The notes beneath the pieces were generated by a model. That model saw only the letters and a list, made by a program, of their open reading frames with translations. It searched no databases and was not told where the DNA came from. The translations under genes and the position numbers were made by a program. A stretch of 64,000 bases of DNA, from the NCBI GenBank assembly GCA_963751955.1, contig CAVVWM010000003.1, forward strand, positions 322,644 through 386,643, in the 5' to 3' direction. Each line of letters starts with the position of its first letter. The stretch's first letter is position 1. Positions 9,571 through 18,396 of this stretch are shown piece by piece. This stretch comes from an uncultured Acidimicrobiales bacterium. GTDB taxonomy: Bacteria > Actinomycetota > Acidimicrobiia > Acidimicrobiales > SZUA-35.

Positions 9571-11019
9571 GTGGCGGAGAAATTCTGGACGAGGCGAGTT
9601 GAGGCGGCGGCTACGACACTTCTAGGCGCGTCCGCGCTGCTTGCCCTACTCAGTCTCGTCTTCGGCGACCGGACCACGTCGGAACGAAGAACGCTTGCCG
9701 TCATCGGCATCGTTTTGGTCGTATCCGGAGCAGCCACCCTGATGACGGGCATCATCAGTAGAAATCCAACCTTCCGGTTGCTACCCCCGGTTCTGGTAGC
9801 AATCGCCACAGCCGCCGCCGTTCTCTTCGGTGGCATCGTCGACACCGCAGCCGGTGTCGTCGGGCTCACGCTGATCTGCAGTTTCATTCTCGTCTACGTC
9901 GGGTTTGTCTCACCGCCCGGGCTTGCACTTGCCGCCGCACCTCTGGTTTTGGTACTGCTGCTTCTCGCCCGTGAGGCGGACCGCCAAAGCATCACGCTGG
10001 CGCTGCCGATCGTGGCAGTCCCAGCTCTTGCGCTGCTGGCCGAGCTCGTTTCGTACCTAACCACCAAGACAACCGAAGTTGGAGACCGAAACGATCGGCG
10101 ACTCGCAGAACTCGACCGCCTCAGCGGGGTTCTGAAACAGTTTCGTAGACCTTCCACGCTCCCGGAAGCGGCCACTCAGATCGCTGACGCAGCGTTGGAC
10201 TCGTTCGGGGCCCAGCGAGCAACAGTGGTCTTGCGTGATGCTGCAGGAGATATCTTCACCGTGACCCAGGGGGCCACGGTCAACGCAGTTCCCGAAGCAA
10301 CGACCGCCAAGCTAATCGCCGACGCGGTGAGCGGCTCGGACCCTCTGATGGTCACCACCGATCGTCACGGCCGAATTCTTCTGATTCCCTTGCCAACCGA
10401 CGACGGAACTCCCGCTGGGGTGGTCCTGATGCATCCGGTGAAATCGGTCGACCAAGACTTCGTGATCGACATGGCATGCATCTTTCAGAACAGCGTCTCG
10501 ATCGCCATCGGCCATCTGTATGTCATCGACCAGTTGCACCGAAGGGCACTGATCGATCCCCTCACCGATCTCGGCAATCGCCGCCATGCCGACCGACTCC
10601 TTCGATCCCTGGCCGCTGGCGATGCAGTGGTGTTGCTTGATCTGGATGGCTTCAAATCTGTCAACGACACGATGGGCCATGCAGCAGGCGACGAAGAGTT
10701 GCGAATGCTCAGCAAGCACCTGAAGGCGACACTTCGTGACAGCGATACAAGTGCACGGCTCGGCGGAGATGAGTTCCTGATCGTGGCTCGCCAGGCGTTT
10801 GCCGATCCACTCACGGTGGCTGAACGTGTCGTCGTCGGCTGGGCAGAGACCGCTGACCACACCACTTTGAGCGCTGGCGTTGCGCTCCACCATGAGGGTG
10901 CCACAAGCGCCGAGACTCTGGATCTTGCCGACCGAGCGTTGATCGAAGCAAAGGGTATGGGCAAGAATCGGGCGCTGCTGGCCAATCCGTTCATCGAAGT
11001 AGAGCCGGACCACTCCTGA
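9571..11019 (+). CDS. Membrane-anchored diguanylate cyclase (multi-TM, GAF-like, GGDEF)
   Basis: Five or six N-terminal hydrophobic helices. DPLTDLGNRR and an intact RLGGDEFLIVA with an RxxD I-site (RDSD) five residues upstream. Confidence 0.85.
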   Translation: MAEKFWTRRVEAAATTLLGASALLALLSLVFGDRTTSERRTLAVIGIVLVVSGAATLMTGIISRNPTFRLLPPVLVAIATAAAVLFGGIVDTAAGVVGLTLICSFILVYVGFVSPPGLALAAAPLVLVLLLLAREADRQSITLALPIVAVPALALLAELVSYLTTKTTEVGDRNDRRLAELDRLSGVLKQFRRPSTLPEAATQIADAALDSFGAQRATVVLRDAAGDIFTVTQGATVNAVPEATTAKLIADAVSGSDPLMVTTDRHGRILLIPLPTDDGTPAGVVLMHPVKSVDQDFVIDMACIFQNSVSIAIGHLYVIDQLHRRALIDPLTDLGNRRHADRLLRSLAAGDAVVLLDLDGFKSVNDTMGHAAGDEELRMLSKHLKATLRDSDTSARLGGDEFLIVARQAFADPLTVAERVVVGWAETADHTTLSAGVALHHEGATSAETLDLADRALIEAKGMGKNRALLANPFIEVEPDHS

Positions 11020-11035
11020 GCTAACTCGGTCAGGC

Positions 11036-11965
11036 TCAAAAGTGATCGGCTAGGGCCGAGCTGATTCGTTGAACGCTGACGTCGACGAGTTGTTGGAGCC
11101 GGCCCTCGGTTCGACGTTGTGCAAGCAGCAAGACTGCCAGGCCTGGGACGATCATCGCAGCCCTGTACCGGTCCCACGTCTCGTCGAAACTCCGGTTCAT
11201 TCGAACGGCGTAACGTTCGACCAGGTCGATTTCGCACGATCGCCGAACGCGGGGCGTCATGCTGGTGGCGGTGAGCCACGCCAGGTCAGCCTCGCCCGCC
11301 TGAATCGCAATCTGTTGCCAGTCGAAGAGCTTGACTTCAGGTCCGATCACCAGGTTGTCCGCTCGAGGATCGCCATGACACACAACTGGATCTTGCAGGG
11401 ATCCAAATCGGTCAATTCGTTGCTGGCGGCCTGCGAGCAGCCTTTGAAAGAGCTCGGCCTCGGCAACAAGTTCCAAGCCGTCCAACAGTGATTGGGGATC
11501 GAATCCCATCGGCGTGATCGAGCGCACACCGAGCTCCCTGGCCAGACGCACGGAGAGGTTGGTGTGACATTGAATGATCGCATCGACGATCGCCATGGCT
11601 TGCATTGGCCCTAGCCCGTCGAGCTGATCGACCGACTCACACTCGGAGAGGTCCTCCAGCACGAATGCGGGACCAGATTGAAGATCGATCACTCCATGGC
11701 ACAACGGGACCGGCAGCTCGGGATTCAGAAGACGTCGGTAGGCAACTCGCTCTCGATCGTAGGCACCACTGGCTCTCGCAGCGTCTCCGTTGGGCCCGGA
11801 TCGAGGGAGTTTCACAGCGACGGAACGATCGGGCGACGAGACTCTGTACACGTAGGAGAAGACCCCGCGACCGGCACTGATCAGCTCAGCGTGGACGTCT
11901 GCGGGCATCGATGCCACATCCACCGCAAGGGCTCGCGCCAGGTCTTCTCGATCGCTTGCTTCCAT
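11036..11965 (-). CDS. Phosphotransferase family protein (APH/choline-kinase-like)
   Basis: Kinase-like catalytic loop VCHGDPRADNLV followed by LFDWQ. 309 aa. Confidence 0.7.
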   Translation of the reverse strand: MEASDREDLARALAVDVASMPADVHAELISAGRGVFSYVYRVSSPDRSVAVKLPRSGPNGDAARASGAYDRERVAYRRLLNPELPVPLCHGVIDLQSGPAFVLEDLSECESVDQLDGLGPMQAMAIVDAIIQCHTNLSVRLARELGVRSITPMGFDPQSLLDGLELVAEAELFQRLLAGRQQRIDRFGSLQDPVVCHGDPRADNLVIGPEVKLFDWQQIAIQAGEADLAWLTATSMTPRVRRSCEIDLVERYAVRMNRSFDETWDRYRAAMIVPGLAVLLLAQRRTEGRLQQLVDVSVQRISSALADHF

Positions 11966-12094
11966 CGTCCCCCTATGTGACGATTTGACTACTAGTTGCG
12001 GCCATCGGGTTGACCAGCTTTCTCCCCCGAGCGTACTGTCGGTTCAACGCCGGTTCACACTGTGGTAATTACATCGATGTAAGGAGTCTGGTTC

Positions 12095-12586
12095 ATGTCA
12101 GTCAAGGAGCATTACAGCGGAAAGAAGGCGGCCGAGATTGTCGGTATCAGCTACCGCCAGCTCGACTACTGGGCCCGTACCGATCTGATCAAGCCATCGG
12201 TGAGCGAAGCGGCTGGCTCGGGATCCCGTCGGGCATACAGCTACAAGGATCTTCTGGAGCTCAAGATCATCAAGACGTTGCTCGACGCTGGCCTGAAGTT
12301 GGAGATGGTCCGGGACGTCTTCGACTACCTTCGCGATCAACTCGCAACTGACGTCACCTCAGCCAATCTCGTCATCAATGGCAATCGCTCGGTGGTGGTA
12401 CAGAATGGTGATGACCTCATCGACATCCTCAAGGCGGGACAGGGCGTGCTCAATATTCTGCCCTTGTCAGGGGTCAAGAACGAGGTCGACAGTGCGATTG
12501 TGGAGTTACACCCGGTTGAGGTGGAGGAGTCCCCGCGAAACGATCCGCGACGGCCGTTTCGCCCAACCACCGCTATGAACAACTGA
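12095..12586 (+). CDS. MerR-family transcriptional regulator (Rv1830-like)
   Basis: N-terminal MerR HTH YSGKKAAEIVGISYRQLDYWARTDLIKPS...RAYSYKDLLELKII. Its position next to the DUF151 and MerR genes matches the conserved actinobacterial block. Confidence 0.8.
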   Translation: MSVKEHYSGKKAAEIVGISYRQLDYWARTDLIKPSVSEAAGSGSRRAYSYKDLLELKIIKTLLDAGLKLEMVRDVFDYLRDQLATDVTSANLVINGNRSVVVQNGDDLIDILKAGQGVLNILPLSGVKNEVDSAIVELHPVEVEESPRNDPRRPFRPTTAMNN

Positions 12587-12602
12587 GGCGGCCAGTCCCT
12601 GA

Positions 12603-13097
12603 TCAGGTTTGGAAATCCTCAGGGTTCACCTCGTCGAGGAACTTGCGTAGCTCTTCGACCATGTTGTCCTCGTCGGCAACCTCTTCCTCTTCTTCGTCGA
12701 CGAACCCAACTTCTTCGATGAGTTCAGCCTCGGCGAAGATCGGGATCTTGGCCCGGACGGCGAGAGCGACGGCATCGGAGGGGCGAGCTGAGAAGACAGA
12801 TTCGGTCCCCTCGGACGTCCGAACCACGAGGTCAGCGTAGAAGGTCCCATCCACCAACTTGGTGACAATGACCTTGTCGAATGTCGCTCCAAGGCCAGCG
12901 ACCACATCGAGAAACAGATCGTGGGTCATCGGGCGTGCCGTTGCCGTCTCGGAGATGGCGAGGTCGATCGCGTGGGCTTCGGGGCCACCGATGAAGATAG
13001 GTAGCGAGCGACGCCCGCCCTCGAGCTCCCGCAGAATCAGAACCGGTGTTGTGGCTGGCATTCGAACCTTGACTCCAACCAGCTCCATCTCCACTGC
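12603..13097 (-). CDS. Bifunctional nuclease family protein (DUF151, Rv1829-like)
   Basis: MAVEMELVGVKVRMPATTPVLILRELEGGRRSLPIFIGGPEAHAIDLAI...RPMTHDLFLDVV, with an acidic C-terminal tail. I prefer the Met at 13097 over the track start at 13139, which would overlap the upstream gene. Confidence 0.75.
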   Translation of the reverse strand, partial: AVEMELVGVKVRMPATTPVLILRELEGGRRSLPIFIGGPEAHAIDLAISETATARPMTHDLFLDVVAGLGATFDKVIVTKLVDGTFYADLVVRTSEGTESVFSARPSDAVALAVRAKIPIFAEAELIEEVGFVDEEEEEVADEDNMVEELRKFLDEVNPEDFQT

Positions 13098-13110
13098 CAT
13101 GGACCTAACG

Positions 13111-14382
13111 CTAGCCGCCAGGCTCCAGATCGGCCACAAGATCTCTCACGATGATTGATCGAAGACTGGCGGACAGTTCGGCGAGGTCCTGAAGGGTGTC
13201 ATAGGAGCGGCGACGGGTTTCAGGATTGTTGGCTTTCAGTGTCGGACCGATGCTCTGAGTGAGCAGAGCAACCTCACGCTCGGCCCCCAATCGGAAGGTC
13301 TTCAGGTGACGAGGTTCGAGCCCGTAGCGGCCGAACTGCACAGCCAACCGGGCGATGGTGAGCGCTGTGGAGTCGAACAGCACAGTGCCGCCTACTTGGC
13401 GAGGGCTGATCATCCCGTACTTCTGAAGCTCGGCGATCATGCCGGGTGTTGTGCCGCTCTGTTCGGCCAACTCCGCGCCCGTGAGCGCCACAGACGAGCC
13501 GGGGAGGGAGGGGCGAATTGGAGGGGCGAGCGCTTCGGCGGTTGTCTTGATGATCGGGAGTGGGGCTTCGGATCGTGTGCCGAGCAATCGCGGCGCCGGT
13601 TTCTTTGTCACTTGGTCTACACCGTCCTCCTCGTCGCTTGAGGACTCGTCAGCGGAAGATTTCGTCATCTCAACCTCAGGTACGTCGTCGGCCACAGCTT
13701 CGGTGGTCGGAACTTCGGTGGTCGGAGCTTCTGGTTCATCCAGCGAGCTGGTGTCAACAGCAAACGTTGCTTCTTCGGCCGAGGAACCCTGCGATGTCTC
13801 GGCGTCGTTTTGAGCGTGGTCTTGCCCGACTCCTACTGCGCCCGTTTCCTCTCGAGCTCCCATCACCTCGGCAAGTGCGTTTGAGCTTTCGTCACGCACG
13901 GGGTGAGTTGCTCGGCCGCTAGCGGCAACTCGTCCTGCTACCCCGGCCAAGGCATCGGCGAAGGATTCGTCCAATCCGGCTTCAGGGTCATGCGCTGCAC
14001 CATAACCCTCCCCTGCTTGAGGTGATTGGGCCTCTCGAGCAGATGCCGCATCCGATTCTTCGGAGTCCTCGTCGGCTCCTTCGATCTGATCGCCGATACG
14101 CAGGTCCGAGCGACGGGGAGCCGCCCCGATGTCCTGACCCTCCTCGAGCCGATCACGAATGACACGTAGCGGCAGGTAGTGATCTCGCTGTTGTTCGAGT
14201 ATCCAGTACAACCGGTCATAGTCGGTATCGGAGAACTTCCTGTAGCCCGATGGCGTTCGCTCCGGATCGATCAGACCCTGGCTTTCGAGGAAACGAATCT
14301 TTGAGATGGTCACCTCGGGGAATTCGTCCTGAAGCAACGCCAGAACCTCACCGATCGACCAATGGTCTCGAACTCGGCTCAT
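13111..14382 (-). CDS. MerR-family regulator (Rv1828/FtsR-like) with a long acidic disordered linker
   Basis: N-terminal Mer[47 protein letters not shown]. Roughly 200 aa of D/E/S/A/T-rich low-complexity sequence follows. There is a second MerR-like C-terminal module, [28 protein letters not shown]. Confidence 0.75.
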   Translation of the reverse strand: MSRVRDHWSIGEVLALLQDEFPEVTISKIRFLESQGLIDPERTPSGYRKFSDTDYDRLYWILEQQRDHYLPLRVIRDRLEEGQDIGAAPRRSDLRIGDQIEGADEDSEESDAASAREAQSPQAGEGYGAAHDPEAGLDESFADALAGVAGRVAASGRATHPVRDESSNALAEVMGAREETGAVGVGQDHAQNDAETSQGSSAEEATFAVDTSSLDEPEAPTTEVPTTEAVADDVPEVEMTKSSADESSSDEEDGVDQVTKKPAPRLLGTRSEAPLPIIKTTAEALAPPIRPSLPGSSVALTGAELAEQSGTTPGMIAELQKYGMISPRQVGGTVLFDSTALTIARLAVQFGRYGLEPRHLKTFRLGAEREVALLTQSIGPTLKANNPETRRRSYDTLQDLAELSASLRSIIVRDLVADLEPGG

Positions 14383-14828
14383 CGATCGGCCCCTAACTCC
14401 AGATAGACCAATTTGAATTTGCCGATTTGTAATTCGTCGCCGTCGGTGAGGTCAGCGTGTTCAACCAGCGTCTTATTCACATAGGTTCCATTCATGCTGC
14501 CACTATCGGTCACCCTGAATCTCCCACCGATGCGACTGAGAGTTGCGTGGTTGCGCGACACAGTGATGTCGTCGAGAAAGATGTCGCTGTTCTCCTGCCG
14601 TCCAATACTGATTCGATCTGCATCGAGTGCAATTCGACTTCCTCGCTTGGGTCCTTTTCTCACCACGAGCACCGCCCCCTGAACGAGTCCATGATCCTGA
14701 TCGACCTCAGTGATGTGGATACGTTCGGTCTCGGAGTCCACCGCTGCGCGCAACTCATCTCCGCACGAAGAACAGAAGTTTGCACCCAAGGGATTGTCAT
14801 ACCCACAGTTGGGACAGGAGGCGGCCAT
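14379..14828 (-). CDS. FHA-domain protein with N-terminal zinc ribbon (GarA/OdhI position)
   Basis: Start taken at [23 protein letters not shown] (ATG at 14828, 7 nt after the gcvH stop). C-terminal [28 protein letters not shown]...GSMNGTYVN. The track's longer N-terminus overlaps gcvH. Confidence 0.8.
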   Translation of the reverse strand: MAASCPNCGYDNPLGANFCSSCGDELRAAVDSETERIHITEVDQDHGLVQGAVLVVRKGPKRGSRIALDADRISIGRQENSDIFLDDITVSRNHATLSRIGGRFRVTDSGSMNGTYVNKTLVEHADLTDGDELQIGKFKLVYLELGADR

Positions 14829-14835
14829 GGAAGAC

Positions 14836-15216
14836 TTAGCCCTCGGTGAGCTCGGTGTAGGCGGCAGCATCCATGAGCTCACCAAAGGCAGAGGCGTCGG
14901 CGACCTCGACAGAGAACATCCAGCCCTCACCGTAAGGGTCAGAGTTCACCTTTTCGGGAGCGTCGAGCAATTCGTTATTGACCTCAACAACTGTGCCGGT
15001 GAGAGGCGAGTACACATCGGACACAGACTTGGTCGATTCGATTTCGCCAATGGAATCACCAACTGAAACGTCGGAACCAACCTCGGGCAGATCGACAAAG
15101 ACCACGTCACCCAACGCGTCTTGTGCGTAGTCGGTGATGCCAACTACGGCTTTGTTGTCCGATATTCGGACCCATTCGTGGTCCTTTGAGTAGCGAAGAT
15201 CGCCTGGAACGTTCAT
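14836..15216 (-). CDS. gcvH: Glycine cleavage system protein H
   Basis: MNVPGDLRYSKDHEWVR...VGITDYAQDALGDVVFVDLPEVG...GEIESTKSVSDVYSP (lipoyl-Lys motif ESTK). 127 aa from the internal Met; the track extension to 15315 is unsupported. Confidence 0.9.
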   Translation of the reverse strand: MNVPGDLRYSKDHEWVRISDNKAVVGITDYAQDALGDVVFVDLPEVGSDVSVGDSIGEIESTKSVSDVYSPLTGTVVEVNNELLDAPEKVNSDPYGEGWMFSVEVADASAFGELMDAAAYTELTEG

Positions 15217-15227
15217 GACCAGCAAAC

Positions 15228-15827
15228 TTAGCCGACGCTGACCCTGGCTTGGGGAAGGTACTGCCCAAAGGCTGCGTAGTAGCTGTAGCCAAGGCCGGGC
15301 ACAACGGCCATCCAAGCCAAAACCTCAAGTACAGGTGCATAGGAAAGTGTGGAGTTAGCTCCGAGGAACGCAGGTACAGCGAAGAAGAGGAGAAAAGTCC
15401 CGGTCTTACCCTCCCAGGTAACCTCGAACGGCTCGACCTTGCGGGACATGAGAATCAGGGCACCGAGGGCGACCAAGATCTCCCTCGCCAAAACAGCGAC
15501 CGCAACCCACCACGGAATCGAACCATCAATCAGAACACTGGGAACAGCCACGAGAAAGAGCAGGCGATCGACGGTTGGATCGAAAAGCGCCCCGAACTCG
15601 CTGCGTTGATCCAATTTCCGAGCCAGGTACCCATCAACCCAATCCGTGCTTCCGAGGATTCCGAGGATCCACGCTGCCGCCGCCCGGTTCTCCCGCGTGA
15701 ACAACAACCAGACGAAGACCGGAATGGAAAGCAGCCGCACCAACGTGAACAGGTTGGGCCAGGTCAGTATCTGTTCACGATTGAGCGGAGGCAGCGACCC
15801 TGATCGCGATTTTGTGGACTCAGACAT
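15228..15827 (-). CDS. CDP-alcohol phosphatidyltransferase (PgsA-like)
   Basis: Exact family signature DGYLARKLDQRSEFGALFDPTVD, that is DG-x2-AR-x8-G-x3-D-x3-D. Multi-TM protein. Confidence 0.9.
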   Translation of the reverse strand: MSESTKSRSGSLPPLNREQILTWPNLFTLVRLLSIPVFVWLLFTRENRAAAAWILGILGSTDWVDGYLARKLDQRSEFGALFDPTVDRLLFLVAVPSVLIDGSIPWWVAVAVLAREILVALGALILMSRKVEPFEVTWEGKTGTFLLFFAVPAFLGANSTLSYAPVLEVLAWMAVVPGLGYSYYAAFGQYLPQARVSVG

Positions 15828-15836
15828 GCCAGCTGA

Positions 15837-16007
15837 TCATGGCCTGAAGTACAGCAGGACTGTGCCGTCGCTGTCGGTGTTGACCAAGTTGAAGCCAAGC
15901 GAGGTCATTTGGGCGGTGAACGCTTCGAGCTGAGCAGCTGAGAGTGGTTGGTCCAGCGTCCGCTGATCGATGAGCACCGCTCGTGAACGGAAAACAACTG
16001 ATGCCAC
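15837..16007 (-). CDS. Small hypothetical protein (about 57 aa)
   Basis: ORF 15837..16067. I favour the GTG at 16007, which is preceded by GAGGAA and lies 11 nt after the upstream stop. Sits in line between the membrane protein and pgsA. No recognisable motif. Confidence 0.35.
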   Translation of the reverse strand: MASVVFRSRAVLIDQRTLDQPLSAAQLEAFTAQMTSLGFNLVNTDSDGTVLLYFRP

Positions 16008-16017
16008 GGTCGGTTCC

Positions 16018-17325
16018 TCATCGGCGACCGGATAGGCGAAGCGACGTTCTGCCAGGTGTGGCAGCACGTTGCTGAGACGCGCGGACTGGCCACGACGGAT
16101 CTAGCCGAGCAGCTGCAGCAATCAGCTCTACGTCGCCAGCATCGGTGTCACCGAGGTTCCACGGTTCGTCATAGGGCGACAGCGGTGACCGGGTTACGAA
16201 CATCAGAGACGCAACCGCTACAAGCGCAGCAAGAAGCCGGGGATCAACAAACACTCGATCCACACCGGGGTTGCCGAGCCGATTCAGGGCGAATACTGAC
16301 GAAACCATCACAAACGCCAGGATCGGCGCAATTCCCTCGACATCGCCGCCGCCCTGGGTGATCAATAGAAGCCCAACCGCTGGGGCGGCGGGTAAAAGAT
16401 GCCGAAGTGAAAGCAAAGGAAGGAACAGCATCGGAGTAAGCAAGCTGAGCAACAACGTGAGGTTTCCGCGACCGAAGAGATCGCTGGTGAACGCGAACGG
16501 GTTGGACACGATTTCCAAAAGTGCGTCGCCGAAGGAGTCGCCGTACTCGCCATACACACCGCCGATCACCCCGGAGTCGCCGATCAAGGGCTGGGCCACG
16601 AGCAACAGGCCGAGGGACCAAACCAGACCAATCCCAAGGGTCCACAATCCCGCGACCCGATCTGCATTCCCCAGGATCAGCAAGGCGAAGACGGCGATCA
16701 CGAAACCCAGATCAGCCTGGGCCAACAAGGTCACGGCGACCGACAGCCAGTAGGGAACCCATCGCTTGACCGAACCGAAGTACACCATCGAGAGCAGCGC
16801 CGGAAGGGCAAGAGCCTCAGGATGGAAGTCGACCGTTGCAATTGCCTGGGTTGCTGGATGCAATGCGTATCCGAGACAGACAGCAGTGGCTGCCCCGACT
16901 CGCAGGTGGGCAACCACCCGACCGAGTTTCCAAATGGGTATCACTGCGATCGATACAGCGACGGCCTGAGCCACCAGAAGAGTCTCTGCGACGGTAAGCC
17001 ATGAGGACGGCATCACGAGTGCTGGCAGCGCAAATGCGTACAGCAGGAAGGACCACCGCAGCTGCAGTAGGTGCACTCCCTCACCAAAGATCGTGGCCGT
17101 GGGTGTCACGCCTTCGCTGATGAGCCACACCGATTGGGTGAAGCCGGCGAGATCGGGTCCCATAGCAAGACCGTTCAATCGGCTCACGCTGACCAGGGAC
17201 AGCACAACACTAAGGGTCAGGCTGATCGCATAGGGAATCCACCGGTCACCGGCGCCCGCGTCGAGGCGAGCCTGAATTGCGGTGTTCCGGCGACGTAGTC
17301 TTCGTCGCAGCGGGCTTTGGCTCAT
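16018..17325 (-). CDS. Polytopic membrane protein (DUF2079-like)
   Basis: 435 aa with at least 10 hydrophobic helices and a DFHPEALALPALL segment. The family call is from memory only. Confidence 0.5.
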   Translation of the reverse strand: MSQSPLRRRLRRRNTAIQARLDAGAGDRWIPYAISLTLSVVLSLVSVSRLNGLAMGPDLAGFTQSVWLISEGVTPTATIFGEGVHLLQLRWSFLLYAFALPALVMPSSWLTVAETLLVAQAVAVSIAVIPIWKLGRVVAHLRVGAATAVCLGYALHPATQAIATVDFHPEALALPALLSMVYFGSVKRWVPYWLSVAVTLLAQADLGFVIAVFALLILGNADRVAGLWTLGIGLVWSLGLLLVAQPLIGDSGVIGGVYGEYGDSFGDALLEIVSNPFAFTSDLFGRGNLTLLLSLLTPMLFLPLLSLRHLLPAAPAVGLLLITQGGGDVEGIAPILAFVMVSSVFALNRLGNPGVDRVFVDPRLLAALVAVASLMFVTRSPLSPYDEPWNLGDTDAGDVELIAAAARLDPSWPVRASQQRAATPGRTSLRLSGRR

Positions 17326-18059
17326 AGAGGAGCCGCCTCGATGAGTTCAGGGCCCTTGTTCCGCACGTTGTTGACCATGGTTGTCACCGGGGTGACCTTC
17401 AGCAAACCGTCCGGGGCAGGCACCAGCAATTCGTTGATCTGGTCCGCTCCGTTCTGAGGATCGAGCCATCGGTCCCATTCAGAAGGCGGCACGAGTACGG
17501 GCATCCGGTGATGGATGCGCTTCATCTCCTCGTTCGGGTCGGTGGTCAGGAGTGTGCATGTGATCAGCCACTCGAGGTTGTCAGGATCGGCCCCCTCGGC
17601 CACAGCGGCCTCAAACGATTCGGTCCCTGGCTTGGGCTTCCATGCTTCCCAAAGCCCGGCGAACACAACGGGCTCGTTGTCCCGACGGGTGATGTAGTAC
17701 GGCTGCTTGTTCTTCTGGCTCTCTACCTTGTGCCACTCGTAGAAGCCGTCGGCGGGAACCAGGCACCGCCGTCTCTTCATTGCACTCCGAAAAGCGGGTT
17801 TCGTCGCAGCGGTGTTGGCCCTGGCGTTGATCATCTTCGAACCGATTTTGGGATCCTTGGCCCAGGAGGGAACCAAACCCCACTTCATCGTGTCCACCTC
17901 GCGATGGCCATCTTTGGCACGCACCGTGTGCACGGTGTTCGTTGGAGCGACGTTGTAGCTGGGCTCCAGCTCGGTCTCGGCTACAGATTCGCTCAGAACA
18001 GCCTGAAAGTAGTCTGCAAGTTCGCCCGGCGGAGCTGTAGCAACGAAGCGACCACACAT
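17322..18059 (-). CDS. SOS-response-associated peptidase (SRAP/YedK-type abasic-site crosslinking protein)
   Basis: True start is MCGRF (catalytic Cys2) at 18059. Also YNVAPT, KWGLVPSWAKD, INARANTAATKPAFR and PADGFYEW. The track's 362-aa ORF is an artefactual extension running antisense through the tRNA. Confidence 0.9.
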   Translation of the reverse strand: MCGRFVATAPPGELADYFQAVLSESVAETELEPSYNVAPTNTVHTVRAKDGHREVDTMKWGLVPSWAKDPKIGSKMINARANTAATKPAFRSAMKRRRCLVPADGFYEWHKVESQKNKQPYYITRRDNEPVVFAGLWEAWKPKPGTESFEAAVAEGADPDNLEWLITCTLLTTDPNEEMKRIHHRMPVLVPPSEWDRWLDPQNGADQINELLVPAPDGLLKVTPVTTMVNNVRNKGPELIEAAPL

Positions 18060-18112
18060 GAGATCCAGCGTAGTGGAGGCCTCGCACCGCGCTATCCTTT
18101 GGCTCTCCAAAC

Positions 18113-18186
18113 ACGGGCTATGGCGTAGTTTGGTAACGCGCTGCACTGGGGGTGCAGAGATCGTAGGTTCAAATCCTGCTAGCCCG
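18113..18186 (+). tRNA. tRNA-Pro (anticodon GGG)
   Basis: Hand-folded 74-nt cloverleaf. Acceptor CGGGCTA/TAGCCCG, D stem GCGT/ACGC, anticodon stem CTGCA/TGCAG with loop CTGGGGG, T stem GTAGG/CCTGC with loop TTCAAAT, discriminator A. CCA is not encoded. Confidence 0.95.
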
Positions 18187-18396
18187 ACGTTTGCCTGCCA
18201 CCTGGCCCAAACTGGCTCTTCACCACGTAGGTCCGCCCGTGGACAGGCAAAGGCCCAGACGCACCAGTACGCCAACGTGGTAGCGACCAGAACATTCGTG
18301 GCGCTACACGCACGTTCCAGCGCAGGGACCGAAGCAGACTTGCCAGTTGGGTCCAACTGCTCAACAGGCACCTGAAACCTGCCGAGAGTCAGGTAT

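Noticed and set aside
14379-15315. The long N-terminal extensions of the FHA (to 14930) and gcvH (to 15315) ORFs
   Set aside because: The extensions overlap the upstream genes, are Pro/Ser/Arg-rich, and precede internal Met codons that reproduce the canonical family N-termini.
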